Part shown: in pieces, positions 38,203-50,600 of the stretch
Position numbering within the stretch: the first letter of the stretch is position 1
Layout: every line of letters starts with the position of its first letter
Origin: Anthoceros angustus
Lineage: Eukaryota > Plantae > Anthocerotophyta
Assembly: GCA_010909165.1 (NCBI GenBank)
Contig: VJWM01000179.1
Span: forward strand, 1 to 64,000
Reading direction: 5' to 3'
Length of the DNA stretch: 64,000 nt
Notes under the pieces: generated by a model
The model's database searches: none
What the model was told of the DNA's origin: nothing
Seen by the model: the letters and a program-made list of their open reading frames with translations, nothing else
Position numbers and translations under genes: made by a program

Positions 38203-41200
38203 GTTGGGTGAAAAGAGTTGGGGATTTCGGCAGGTGGAGTACTGGATGTGTACCTCTGTACAGGAAATAGTGTTCCATTGTCTTCTGGGCGTTTTATGTC
38301 CATTACAGAACAGAGTTTCGATAGGGCAGATCGGCAGATAGTCGGTACAGGTTCTGTGAGATTCGCCATGGGGATGATTGGGACATTCCTTGGCAAGGAG
38401 TGAAGGAGTTGCGTGGAGCTGTTCGGATATACATCGGGTGTTTACCGTCTCAAACCCGGCGATCCGAGTCTTTATCTTGGCAGCAGAGGCTAGGCCTCTG
38501 CGATTTGAATAGTCTGTTGACGTGTGAAATATCAGTGAAATCCTAGGATCGTATGCAAGTCCGAAAACCACATCGTTACCTGCGCGTTTCTGTCACCGTG
38601 CAAGAAACAAAGATCTCGAGCTCGAAGCACCATCCATATACAAATGTACCCAGTGCCGAAAAGTGGTCTCGTTCCCACTTCGGTTGCAATCATTTCTGCA
38701 GATCCGGGTGTCTGACTCTTTTGCAGGAGCACATGGCAGTGTTTTCCAATGTGTGGCCATGTCCTGTACCCGACTCATTTCCATGTGCCGGTTCCTACAG
38801 CACGTTGAATAAGTGGCCACCTCCAGTATCCGACGCATCTTCATGTGCCAGATCCTTCCACTGTTGGTGTCAACGAGTTAAAAGCCACAACTGTAATGGC
38901 TCGTGTAATGGGCGTTTGCAGTGACAAGAGAGATGGTTAGCACATTCATAAGTGTGATCACTTCTGACAGCTTGTATGTATGTAGTTGCCAGCACCAAAC
39001 AGCTCAGCTGAGCGCAGTCGAGGGCGGGCCCACGGGCATGTTCTTCTTCTTTGCGCAAACTGTCGTGCCTATCTACGTATCGTTGTCAATCGTTGGCGGC
39101 AGGCAACGTCACGGGCTTCGTTCCACTGGCGCACTGGCTGCCCGTCTCCCACTCAGATGCACGAATATATGAAGCAGCAATATTCCGCGTCGGCAGCACC
39201 CCTTGCGAAGGGCCATTTTCCCAAGCAAAGGAAGGGCATTTAATTCTTTCACGAAATTTGAGCCATTCTCGGTTCTTGCAAGTTGCCACAGCCCAGAGTC
39301 TAGAGACATGTCGGGGCCAAGCCAAGGCCAGGCATCGTGGTGATGTCGTGATGTCGTAATGTCATCCACGTCTGTTCTGCGTACCCTCTCTCCAGTGCCT
39401 GGTGGGAAGCGGAATAAATCGGCATTTTCGCATCAATCTGTTTGGACGGGGCATGAGCGGCATCTCCTTCGCTGGATCTTGGTATTCGTCGGCGTCTGAT
39501 TTGGCAGCAGAAAGCTGGTGTATGTAGCCGCTTAAGGTCAAGCACGGCCGTGTGCCCAGTTCCAGGATGAGCAAAGCAATCTCACAGTCCTCTGTGTGGG
39601 TTTGCCCCATGCTAGGGATGGTGTATTGCCTTAATCAAGAGGGTTCACTGATGGTTACTTGGTCCATGCATGTTGTTTTTCTGTGTGATTACAGTGCACC
39701 TGAGAAATTTGAAGTACGACAGCTGCTGTCCTGGAGTGACTCGCTCTGCACGATATTACAGGGAGGGGGGAGGACAGGTAGGACAGGTAGGCGGAATTCT
39801 GGGCTGAGCAGCATTTACATTTGGAGGCGTATGGGCTAGTCCAGGGCTGGATTCTGGTTAGGGGTTCTTCAGCTGTCTCTCATCCCGTCTTGTAGATGGA
39901 ACAACCCAAGGGAAGTCAAGGACGCAGTGTCACTTCGAAATTCTTGGCGAAGATGAGGACAGGAGGCGTAGGTGAGTTCTCGTTCCTTGACCGTTTTGTC
40001 TTCGTTTGCAGAATAGGGCAATAAGCCAATTCCTTGCTGTGGAATCTGATTATCCAGATGCTTGTGGCCGTCTTTGGCCGATAGTTGTGCCTGCAAATGT
40101 TGGAGGTTGTTATTCAGGTTCCAAGACTGTTGCTAAGTAACTTTAATATAAACTTACCAAGTACAAACTGGACTTATGGGTCACCGAGGTGATACGTCAT
40201 CGTCATCCTTTTGCTTTGCTCAAAGGCAGTGCTAGTTAATGAAACCAAGTTCTCATGGTCTGGGCCTCGGAACTCTAACCATTTCCTTGTGCTTTAGTGG
40301 GGTTTGGACGAATCCATGGCGGTGGAGGCACTGAGGATGAAGAGCCGTTTCTGAATGTATATGACGAACCCCTTCCTTGTTGCGGGTGTGGCATTGGCTG
40401 GTGTTCGTAAGTTCTTTGTCCACCCACTCAGTTCCCTCTTTCATTTTGTGTTAGGCGGAGACCTTGTCCAGTGACTCCTGAGGCTTTCCCTGTAGGTTTC
40501 TTGTGGGGTTTATTATTCCTTTGCTGTGGTTCTATGGAACTTACGTATTCTTCAAGACTCCTCGACAATATGACCCACGAGACAGACCCGGACTGGCTGC
40601 ATGTGCTATTGCTGTGAGTTCACTACCTTGAACCCCTGTGTTACGGGTGGCAAGCGCCAGTATTTCTCTTCTTGTCACAACCTCCAGCCAAATTCTCACC
40701 ATCAAAGGAAGTAACTTCCGTGTCTGCAGGCTTTGGCATGCACAGTTGGAGCTGTAATTGCCGGCATCGTCCTTCTGTTGCAACTCGTGGTTTCCCACTG
40801 AAGAGGAGAGAATCCTGAACAGTGAAATCATGGCGCGAAGAACCAGTGTGTCATTTTTGTAACTTATCATAGATATGCCCGATCTACTGAATCTCTTTCA
40901 GAGAAATGCCGTGACCGTCCTGCAGGTATCGCTGTGGTGATGGCAAACATGTGGTTGAATGGGATGCCAGGTTTTTTGTGCGTTTAGGTTGAATATAATA
41001 GCCCTAGTGGATTTTTTCTCTGCTTAAACCCAGGTTTAAGCAGAGAAAAAACGCCAAACCTGCAGTACATTGACTGTCACAGAACCTGCCATGGTTAGAT
41101 CCGCTTTTGTCCTAGACTGCTGTTGACAAAAGACGTCAGCACGCAGGTTTTGATACGCGCACATACATATGCGGTTTTTTGTTGACCCAGAGACACACTA

Positions 41201-41558
41201 GGACAGTTCAGAGAGGAATTCACGATATTCACTAACTGCCGTACTTTTAACACAGTTCAGTGAAGGTGACGTTTGACAGACAATCTAGAGAACAACAAAC
41301 GCTGGGTCACTGTTTGGTTGTGCATCGGCGTGTTTATTACGGATTTTGTTTCTACTGGTCTGTACTTCTCGAGTGAAAGCCCTTTTGAAGCAGCCATCAG
41401 CTTGTGTGTCGGCATTTTATTCGAAAAAATAGGAGCGGAGTTTCCGCTAGTGAGCCAACAAAAGGATCGGTCCCATCCCGGCCGTGCATCGCGTCATCCG
41501 GAGAAGGTGATATCAAGCTGTCCCTACAGAAGATGCAACCGCGTATCAAATTTGGGTT

Positions 41559-43987
41559 CTAGTGGTGAGCTTGCTCCCTCTCATATTCAGCAGCAATGGT
41601 TACGAGGAAACTACCTGCTGGTCTGGGCCTCCTTTTCAAGGGAACAATTTTGATCCTCTTGGCCAGTCGCACAAATTCCCTGCAGACGGGACAGACATGT
41701 CAGAAGCTGAAAGCTCCATCCACCTACTCCACCAGATGAGATCACTCCCGAAGAGCCAGCTCGCCGAAAGCATGGCATGCATCACGCACTCTCACCTCCA
41801 GGAAGTGTCGCCAGCAAGAAGGGTGTCGCCTTCATCGTCCTCATACGCGATCTGGTAGCCAGGAATAGCAGTTGCTGGATGGAAAACACTACCAGATGCA
41901 CCTGTTTCGTCTGCAGGTAAGCTGCTCCCAAACATCGCTCTCAGGTGGGCAGTAAAACTCTCGTAGCTGTCAAAATCGTGCAAGTTGATCCTTCTGCCAG
42001 TGTCTCTACCTTCGAAGACTATAGGTACCTGCTGGGGCTGACCTTGAGACGTTAACTCAAAACCAGACCTATCTAACTGAAAGCCTGCAACATCCATGCC
42101 TGGGTTGCAGAACTGAAAGGGGGGCCTCCCGTGGCCTGCATACTGTGAGGGCAGGAAGTCACGAAATCCAGCTCCAGCTCCAGCTCCAGCTCCAGCTCCA
42201 ACTCCAGCTCCAGCTCCAGCTCCAGCTCCACCTACAGGTGCCATCGGCCTTGGCAGAGGTATTTGAGGAACCTGCATCATCCCTGGAGCTGGTGATCCCC
42301 CGAATCCTGGTCTGGCAAATACGCGATCCCCGGGGTGTGGCCGCTGCGCATGCCCAGACTGCTGCATCACATCATAGGCAGCAAAGGGAAATCCTAGTCT
42401 AGCAGGATCTGCAGGTCGGAAACGAGGCAAAAAGGGTCCAGACGGGCCTCCCGCCAGCTTTTGCATTGTCGCCTCGTTACTGGAGTGGTGCAGGAGAGCA
42501 GGAGGAACCATGTCCATGTGACCTAGTTGCCGTGGCCCTGGAATGCTCTGTGCCGGACGGCTTTGATTGATGTGAACCTGATTGAAGAAAGGATTAAGAG
42601 GTGCAGGAGCCTGAGGGTTGTCATGAGGAGAGGAGCCCATAAACTTGCCGTCGAAGCCACCAGGTCCTGGTCCTGGTCCTGGTCCTGGCCCTGATCCTAG
42701 TCCTGGTCCTGGTCCTGGTCCTGGTCCTGGCCCTGGCCCTGGCCCTGGCCCTGGCCCTGGCCCTGGCCCTGGCCCTGGCCCTGGCCCTGGCCCTTGCCCT
42801 TGCCCTTGCCCTGGCCCTGGCCCTGGCCCTTGCTCTTGCCCTTGCTCTTGCCCTTGCGCTTGCTCTTGCCCTTGCTCTTGCTCTTGCTCGTGCTCTTGCC
42901 CTTGCCCTTCCCCTTGCCCTTCCCCTTGCCCTACCCCTTGCCCTTGCCCTTGCCCTTGCCCTGGCCCTGGCCCTTGCCCTCCATGGGCATATGGAGAGGC
43001 ATGCGTTGCAGCCTCCCTCATGGGATGCCGTTGTTTCTGGCCTTCAAAAGGTGATGGATGCCTGAAAGGTAATCTCCTCTGCCCGCTTTCTGTGAAGCGA
43101 GCGCCCTGTCCTACACTGTCAGAGGCTGCTGGTTCCCTCCCTTTGCTGTGATCAGACGAAGAAGGAGCAGGTCTAGGATGAGGAAGAGGATGACTCGGAG
43201 GATGGTCTGCACCTGTATGCGCGGAGACCAAGGGCATTGCAGATGGGTCGGCCCTGGTGAGGAACAGCAGCTCCGACGCATCCTGTCTGGAAGGTGGCCT
43301 GTCGGACCAATCCGAGGAAATTCCAGCAAGTCCCATGCCCACAGCTGCTCGATCTTGTCTAGACTCCATGCTACTCAACATGTCCGGGTCATACACAGGT
43401 TGCTTGGGGAGAATTTGGCGCTCCTGCTGAAGCTCAGTGCGCAGCGCTCCGCCGTGCTGCATCGAGGCATCCTCATGAGCGGGTGTATCCAGAGGCGACG
43501 CGTGACCAGCAGGTGCAGGAGGCGGAGGCGAAAGCCACCAGGGCTTGGTGTCCCTGACCTGGCTGCTGCTCCCCGTTTCTGCTCCCGAGGGCGATCTTCC
43601 CAGCGAGATGGAGGGCGGTGTGTCCACGGACTGCCGTTTGGAGAGGGGGGTCGGGGCAGACGCAAAGCTGCTGTCGTCCCGGTCGTCCGACGAGGTCCTG
43701 GCGCGCTTCTTGGGTGGGCCGGACACGACACCACCTTCTCCCTCTTCTGGGACTTGGTGGGAAAGGTCGGAAGCCTGGTGGCCCTCCCCTGCTCCTCCTG
43801 GCACATTCCTGTCCGCAGAGGCCGGTGATGCTCCTGAAGCAGAAGCTGCCTCCGGTGCGGCTTGCGACCTGGAGTGGCCCAGGGAAGGTGGTAGTGGTGG
43901 TGACGGGGACTGCTGGTGGGCTGGTTGTGAATCCGGAGCCTGGGTGGCGGCAGTGTGGGAGACGGCGGAATCTTCATGATCCGCCAT
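41559..43987 (-). CDS. Non-canonical Aux/IAA (IAA33-like PB1) with a long low-complexity N-terminus
   Basis: PB1 reads VPIVFEGRDTGRRINL..SYESF..LRAMF..AIPGYQIAYEDDEGDTLLAGDTSWR, then intron 41680-41795, then EFVRLAKRIKIVP, matching the IAA33 pattern. No VGWPP degron. Start (acaATGGCG at 43987) and final exon are uncertain. Confidence 0.85.
42660..42980 (-). repeat. Coding hexamer repeat: (GQ/EQ)n followed by (GP)n
   Basis: (gggcca)n, (ggacca)n and (gggcaa)n on the coding strand. A separate (GA)n tract lies at ~42168-42230. Confidence 0.95.
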
Positions 43988-44619
43988 TGTGGTGCAGGAG
44001 GAGACAGTGCCGAGCGAGCTTTCCACACGACAGAAGTTGTTGGATTTCAGAAGAGGCTGAGACAAGCCAAGGCATGAATCCATATCAAGCTGCAGGAGCA
44101 TCATGTTGGACAGTGGAAGCACTAGCACTCCACAAACAGCCATCCCCACCGCAATAGCGCATTGCCCACCCGCTTCACCCTGTGTGTACACCGTAATCAA
44201 GTTGTGAGACACAGGTCCAGTTCCAGGTCCAGGTCCGGCTCCAGCTCCAGGGCCAGCTCCTCCTCAAAGACGCCCCGCCGACACCAACATCTCCAGCTTG
44301 AAGGAAGTGGGAAGAGGCAATCGAGAGGTGGGAGCGGCGCAGCAGATCCGCAGCAGGCCAAGGGAAGCCTGCAGGTGCAGCTCAAGTTGCAAAGCCGCAT
44401 CTCCAGCCCTGAATTGCAGAGTAAAGGCAGAAGCAGCGAGGCGGGAGGCGTGTCCGGAACCGTGTGGCCCTGCTGTCCTTGTCCTGTCTCCCTGCTGTGT
44501 GTCCCCTGTCCCCCGGTCCCCTGTTCCCTGTCCCGCCCAGCTCCGGATCCGAAGAAAAGGTGGAGTCCACGCCGCTTGTGTGCCCGAGCCAGCAAGGGAG
44601 AGCCGTCATCAATTCCCTT

Positions 44620-46145
44620 TCCTCCTGCAACTGCAACTGCTACTGCTGCTGCTACAGCTACAGCTACAGCTACACGAAGCCCATCATCGTGTCATCCAGA
44701 GGCCGGCAGCCAATCCGGCGTGGCAGCGAGCAGAGCGGAAACGAAAAGAAAATGAGTGGTGGTGAGTAAAAGGAGAGGAAGGTGAGCACCATTGGGCTGC
44801 ACCGATAGCGACGCCGGCTCCCGAATCCCGGCAGGGAAGCGCTACATTAGAGCCCGTCACTCGCAATCACAGGGCGTATGGACGAAGCATTGGAATTGGC
44901 AGACGCCACAGCGCAGCAGAGCAGGCAGCACAAGACAGTCCTCCCAGCGGGCAGGCAGACAGAATTGAGGAGGCAGGCAGCCGGCCCATTCGCAAAGAGC
45001 GGGCGTAAGGCGGGGGGCGCGGAGCAAATTTGGAATGCGGGGCTGGGCGATGAAAAAGCGGGCGCAGATCTGAAAGAGAGAGGCGCGGGCGGGGGGGGAG
45101 GTGCGAGGAGCAAGGCGGGTGGCGCCGCACTCCGCTCTGGGCACTGGGCACTGGTCAGCGGCTGGTCCCGACGGCGGAAGAAATTGGCGTGGCGCAGCGG
45201 TGCCGATGCCGGAGCCGGTGCGGAGAGCAGAGCAGTGTGATGAGAGCAGAACGGTCGGCAGACCGAGAGGGAGAGAGGAGCGGCGGCTAGCAGCTGGAGC
45301 GTAGCTGCAGGCTGCAGGCTGCAGACAGCAGGCTGCAGAGCTGGGCTGGGCTGCGCTGGGCAGGGCAGCGTAGCAGCAGGCGGCGAGGAGGATGGAAGCA
45401 AGGAAGGTGGGCAATGCAGGCGCAAGCCCCAGCCCCGGCCCGGGAGGAAGGAAGGAAGAAAGGAAGGAAGGAAGGAAGGAAGGAAGGAAGGAAGGAAGGA
45501 AGGGAAGGAAGGTAGGAAGGAAGGAAGGAAGGAAGGAAGGCGAGGAAAAGGAATGGAAAGGAGGAGGAAAGCAGAGTAAAGGAAAGCGGGCCGGGGCCGG
45601 GGCCTGGGCCGGGCAGGGGCAGCGTGGTGGCCCGGGCCCGGGCCCGGGGCGCCTTGGCCTTGGCCCCCGGACCCGGGAGCGGCCCGTTTGGGGCTTTCGT
45701 GGATGCGGTGCTGCAGGGCCGGGGGTTCCAATAATAAATGGCTCCTTGTTGGTAGCTGTTGGCGAGGCAGAAGAAGCAGCAGCGCACAGAGTTGCGTCAA
45801 CCCACACCAAGAAGCGGACAAAAGGTCCGTCCGGAGTCCGCAGTCCGCAGTCCGCACGTTGGTCTGAAACGGAATGGCGCCAAAGCCCGAGCGCCCGTGC
45901 CCCGGGCCCTGGCCTCGGAGTCGTATCATCTAGTATGTACGCAACGTGGGGCCCGCCTCCTCGTATACGGATACCAACAGGAACGGCGGATACGTACATT
46001 CGTTGCTGTTCCTTTCCTTTTCCTTGTCCTTTCCGTTCTTTCCTTCCCCCCTGCTGCCTTGCAGCGCGCTGCATTCGCTGGAGCTGGAGCTGGAGCCTGG
46101 AGGAATCGGATGTGTGCATAGTAGGTATGGAATTATGCATTTGAC

Positions 46146-46176
<31 letters not shown>

Positions 46177-48200
46177 CCCGGCAATGTGCGTGCGGGCGTT
46201 ACGTAAAGGAGCCTGGTGCGACGGTGCGGGAAATACCCACATACGGGAATAATAATGCGGTAGGTGACGAGAGGGTACAAGTACAAGAGGCCATAGCCGT
46301 AGCCGTTGTTTGGGCCCGTTGCAACGGCAGCGGGCAGCGGGCAGCGGGACTGTTCTGACACCGTTGCCCGTTCCGTCCGGCTGCCGGTGCCGGTGCCGGT
46401 GCCGGTGCCGGCAAACGCGAGTGTACATGTAGCGGTGTTGTTGTTTGACTTGGATGTCGGGAAGAGGAGGATATGGGGGAGGGTGGGGAGGATGGGGACG
46501 GGGACGGGGAGTTGGAGGCGTGGCTAACGTGGGGGCCATTCAGGCCACTTAGCGCTCGCCAAATGTCCCTCCAAGTCTCCCAAAGTGCAATTTGCCAATG
46601 CCAAGCCGGATTTAGGTGCGGTGCGGTGAGGTGAGGTGCTAAACATGGATTGTCACGCGGCAGACGATGGGGTCGGACTCCGGATTCCGGAGTCCTGATT
46701 CCGGACTCCGGATTCCGGACTCCGGACTCCGGACTCAGGGGGCCCCCAGATATTTTCTTCGCCTACTCCTACTCCTACTCCTACTTTCTACCGGCGGCTT
46801 CGGCTTCCTTCTTCCTGCCGCTATTCCGCCATTGGGCTCGCAAAACGCGGTGCGACGCTCCCAACACGCACACCTGGGGCGCTAAATTTGCACACCTTGT
46901 CACCCACTGCGAGTATTGCAAAAATATCTAGACTTACGTACGCTACGACATGAGGTGGCTCCCATGAGGAGTCCCCCCCGGGACCCGGGGGCGGGGCCAT
47001 TAGCGAATACGGAACGGGACGAGTAGGAACGGAACGGAACGGAACAGCGCCAGAGCTCTATCACTGACTACGGCGGGGGTGGGTGGGCGTCCTCCCTGCC
47101 ACATCACTAGTGCGCCGCGGAACAGGGCACAGGGCACACCGTCAAGTGCAGAAGCAGAAGCAGGTTCAGCAGCAGGAGCGCCAGACTCCAGTGCAGTGCA
47201 GTGCAGTCTGCTCGGCGAATGTGCGCGGAATGTGGAGAGCATCATGGCGCCGCGCTGTCCAAGTCCGAGTCGGACCCTCGCCCGGCCATGGCCCATGGCC
47301 AAGGCAATCCATCGGGACTCGGGCGACGCAGCAGAACTCGGCGGGCAGCTCTGACACTCAGCCAAAGACCTGGACCCTGGACCCTGGACCCTGGACCCTG
47401 GACCGTGGGGAAGAATGGCCGGCGCCAGGCCGGTCGGAATGCATGATTGCGCGCGTGCGACTTCACTGGACCGGAGCGCATGCCATTACCCGGCATATGT
47501 ATGTACATAGGGACGCGGAGAAGGAGAGGGAGAGGGAGAGGGAGAAGGAGAATGAGAAAGGAGACGGCCTCTCTGCTGCACCATGCAACTGTACGCGGCT
47601 GTGTGAATGGGATGGAATGGATAGCCTCCTCCAGGCTCCTACATATGTAGTCGTAGCAGTGCCAGCACCTACTAGCCACCGTCTACCCACACCTCTCGTG
47701 CAAGGCCTTGGGCCATCGCAAGCAAAGCAACCCAGGCTCCCAGCTGCAGCTCCTGCACCCACTACCTGCTCGCTGGCCAGGCACCAGCCACCGCTCCAGA
47801 TCTCTGTCGGCAACACCAATGGCTACCTCTGCTTCTCGGGAGCCGGGCCCACACGCCTGGACACCTCACAAACCAAACAAACCAAACCGCCCACCACATC
47901 CAACATATTTACCAACCTACAGCCCACAAATGTATTTGTATACGCACACCTCGTTGCGAGCCTCAAATCACGCACTTTGTACTTGGGTGTTGGGAAGTAG
48001 ATGGTGCTGGTTGCCACTGGCCTTGTCAACCCATGGAATGTAGGTAAGGTAAATCATAACCCAGGGGGCGGGGGGAATGAAATAAATGTCTAGGTAATCG
48101 CATGGAGCAATGTGTAAGCCAAGCGCGGCAAGGGGGCCGGCGGCGAAGCTGCAACGCTGCAACGGCAACACCAACAGCAGCAGCAGCAGCAGCAATTCGG
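44620..48200. repeat. Microsatellite-dense region upstream of the ncIAA gene
   Basis: (gaag)n ~45445-45540, (ctccgg)n ~46146, (gccggt)n ~46383, (ccggact)n ~46677-46736, (ctggacc)n ~47369, (cag)n ~48175. Confidence 0.85.
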
Positions 48201-48799
48201 GAGCCCATTCGGCACACATAGTGCCTATTGCCCAATTGGCCAATTGGCAATGCCGAGGCCGCGGCCTGGGTCCACACCACACGCACACATGCCCTGCAGT
48301 CTGCACACCGCACCACAGCTCTCTCCACACACCCTCCACGCCCTGCAACCGGCTCGGCTCCAGGATTTGCCCGAATCGGGGCCAAAATCCGGGCGTGACA
48401 GCCAATCCTGGCCCAACTTCCTAGCTGGGAGCGTGGAAGCGACGCACACACGCCCGACCCTTACCCTTGCTTACCACTTGCACACACGTCACTATACGGC
48501 CTGTGTAAGAGTGTGTATATCCAATCACACGTTGTCCCGTCATCGACAAGCTTCAATGGAGCTTCATGTGGTCAAGTTCTGGTGAAAATCTCCAAACGGT
48601 CCTATCTATGGGGATCGAGTGAAACTCTTGCATACAACTTTAGGTGGAAACCTGGATATTAAGTATAAACATACCATCAGAGGAAGGACACTAGTCGAGA
48701 AATATTATTACATTCATAGCATCTTTTGATAAGTTAACTTTTAATTGTTAAGTTAATTAATTTATTAATTAAGTTAATTTAATTATCATAAATATAACT

Positions 48800-50600
48800 T
48801 TATTCCTCTGCATATGAATGTGGAGACTTTATGTAAGAAAGAGATGGAAAAACCCATCTACCCAACAAGGAAAAGGGGAACAACCCAACCAAGGGCACCC
48901 TGTTGGCAGGGGGACTAACCCCGTGATCGCTCATCTCAAAATTAGCTACTGCACGGAGAATTTTGTGGTCGGTAATAAGAAAAGGCCTACCTACCACCGG
49001 GGCCAAAGAAGCCATCCTGTCGCCGTCCTGCGTTTGTCGCCGTCCTGTACACCACGTTCGCCAACACCCTTTGCAAGCCGAACGTCGAGAAATCCTTGCC
49101 CATGGTCCCATGGGTCTTGATGGCAAGGGGGATAAAGGTGTGGTCGTCCTGCAAATGAGAGTAATTGTGGACCTTGGCCATCGCACAGCCCTCCGCCGCC
49201 CAACCTGGAGGGTTAAGGATCACATACTCGGAGATAGAGTCCCAAGTGGGATCTGTTACAACCACATCGGCAACAGAAACCTGGTCTCCCCTGGACAGAA
49301 AAAGGTCAACCCTGAGAGAAACGCCATTGACCAAGGTGTATGGGCGCTCCCTATAAGGAAAGAACCTGCTCTCCTTGGCCATTGAGAACATGACGTCTTG
49401 GACGGCGTCATGCGTAGCAATGCGTTGTCCGCCAGCAGACAGCGGGGCTAGATGGGTCCTCGAGTCATTAAGGGGGGCTCCACAACTGCAAGCAGAGAGA
49501 AAGCACGCCTGAGGTTGGACCAAGCCCAGGCGAAAGCGCATCACGGTATAAAAAGTTGCCGGTACTATGCGGAACACTTGGATACTGGGTCGGGCCAGAA
49601 GCCAAGAACCCGCTCCCTTCCCTAAGCGAGATCGAAGCCGAGCCCAAGTGGCCTTGGGAATAGAGGAATCCCGAAGAAGGGCCAATTACGCCTGCCGGTA
49701 GAGCTTCTCCAAGAGCCACGCTTGAAGCCCATGCAGCCCAAAACTCAGGGAGCGAGGAGAAATGTGGCAAGGCGACTCTAGCCTCAAAGGATAAAAGTCC
49801 TCTAGCCAATGTCAAAGATGATTGTAGGGGGAAAACCCCCTCCTAGGCCTCCACGCCCGAGACGAACGCCTCCAAGATGTGGGAGTCTTGAATTAAGAAT
49901 CGAGAAGCCAGGATGGGGGCAGAGAGGGCCTAGCTCCCTAAGAAGGCCGCCGGCGCTGAGGTCTACGTGGCCTGCAGACCAGTGCCCCCAAAAGTGACAG
50001 GAAGGAAAGCCTGCCGCTTCGCCAAATCCCTGGTGGCACACTCGAAGGTGCCTAGGCCGATGATATTACCCAAAGCCTACATACTCCTTTTGTCGAAAGC
50101 TCCCAGGCGGGATAGGAAATCTGGAGAGGGAGGTACCATACGGAGAAGCAATGAGGCACGCGAAGCAAAAAGTGAGGATCCCAAACGCCACCTGCAAGTT
50201 CCCCAGCTAGGAAGGTTATCAATGTAAGCTAAATCCTTCGTCAAAGCTGCACCCACAAATTCCTGAATGAAAGTCGGAGGCTCTACCGGGACGCCAAGAA
50301 CATGAAGCCCCAGTGAAGAAGCAATGTCCCCTTCATGATACTGAAGAGAGGGCGAAATACCTGACAAAGACCAAACTCTGCACTTTAAGATCTTGACCTT
50401 TAAGCCAAGCCGAGAGAGCCGCAAGGAGAAAAAACCAAAATTCTCCTTAATCTTGTCCCCAGGCCCCATTATATGGGTATCGTCAGCCATTGTGATTCCA
50501 GCACAGAAACCCGCCTCACCGAAAACCCATGTTGGTAGTAGAGGTTGGAGGGAAACCCATAAAAGGAGCGGACAAAGGGGATAAGGCCAGCCAGCGGTCC
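48800..50600 (-). mobile_element. 5'-truncated second CRE-like RLE retrotransposon (diverged from the first)
   Basis: RT catalytic block MADDTHIMG and thumb GLHVLGVPV. RLE region VMRFRLGL..CSCG..RIATHDAVQD..E..RVDL..ADVVVTDP..FIPLAIKTHG. Confidence 0.8.

Noticed and set aside
42645-43151. Cys-rich metallothionein-like ORF on the + strand
   Set aside because: Antisense reading of the ncIAA hexamer repeat.
44847-46539. 360-560 aa ORFs
   Set aside because: Stop-poor GC-rich microsatellite sequence with no domain signal.
44000-48500. Conserved miRNA precursors or an AuxRE cluster
   Set aside because: No conserved plant miRNA sequence recognised by eye; TGTCTC/TGTCGG hits are sparse.
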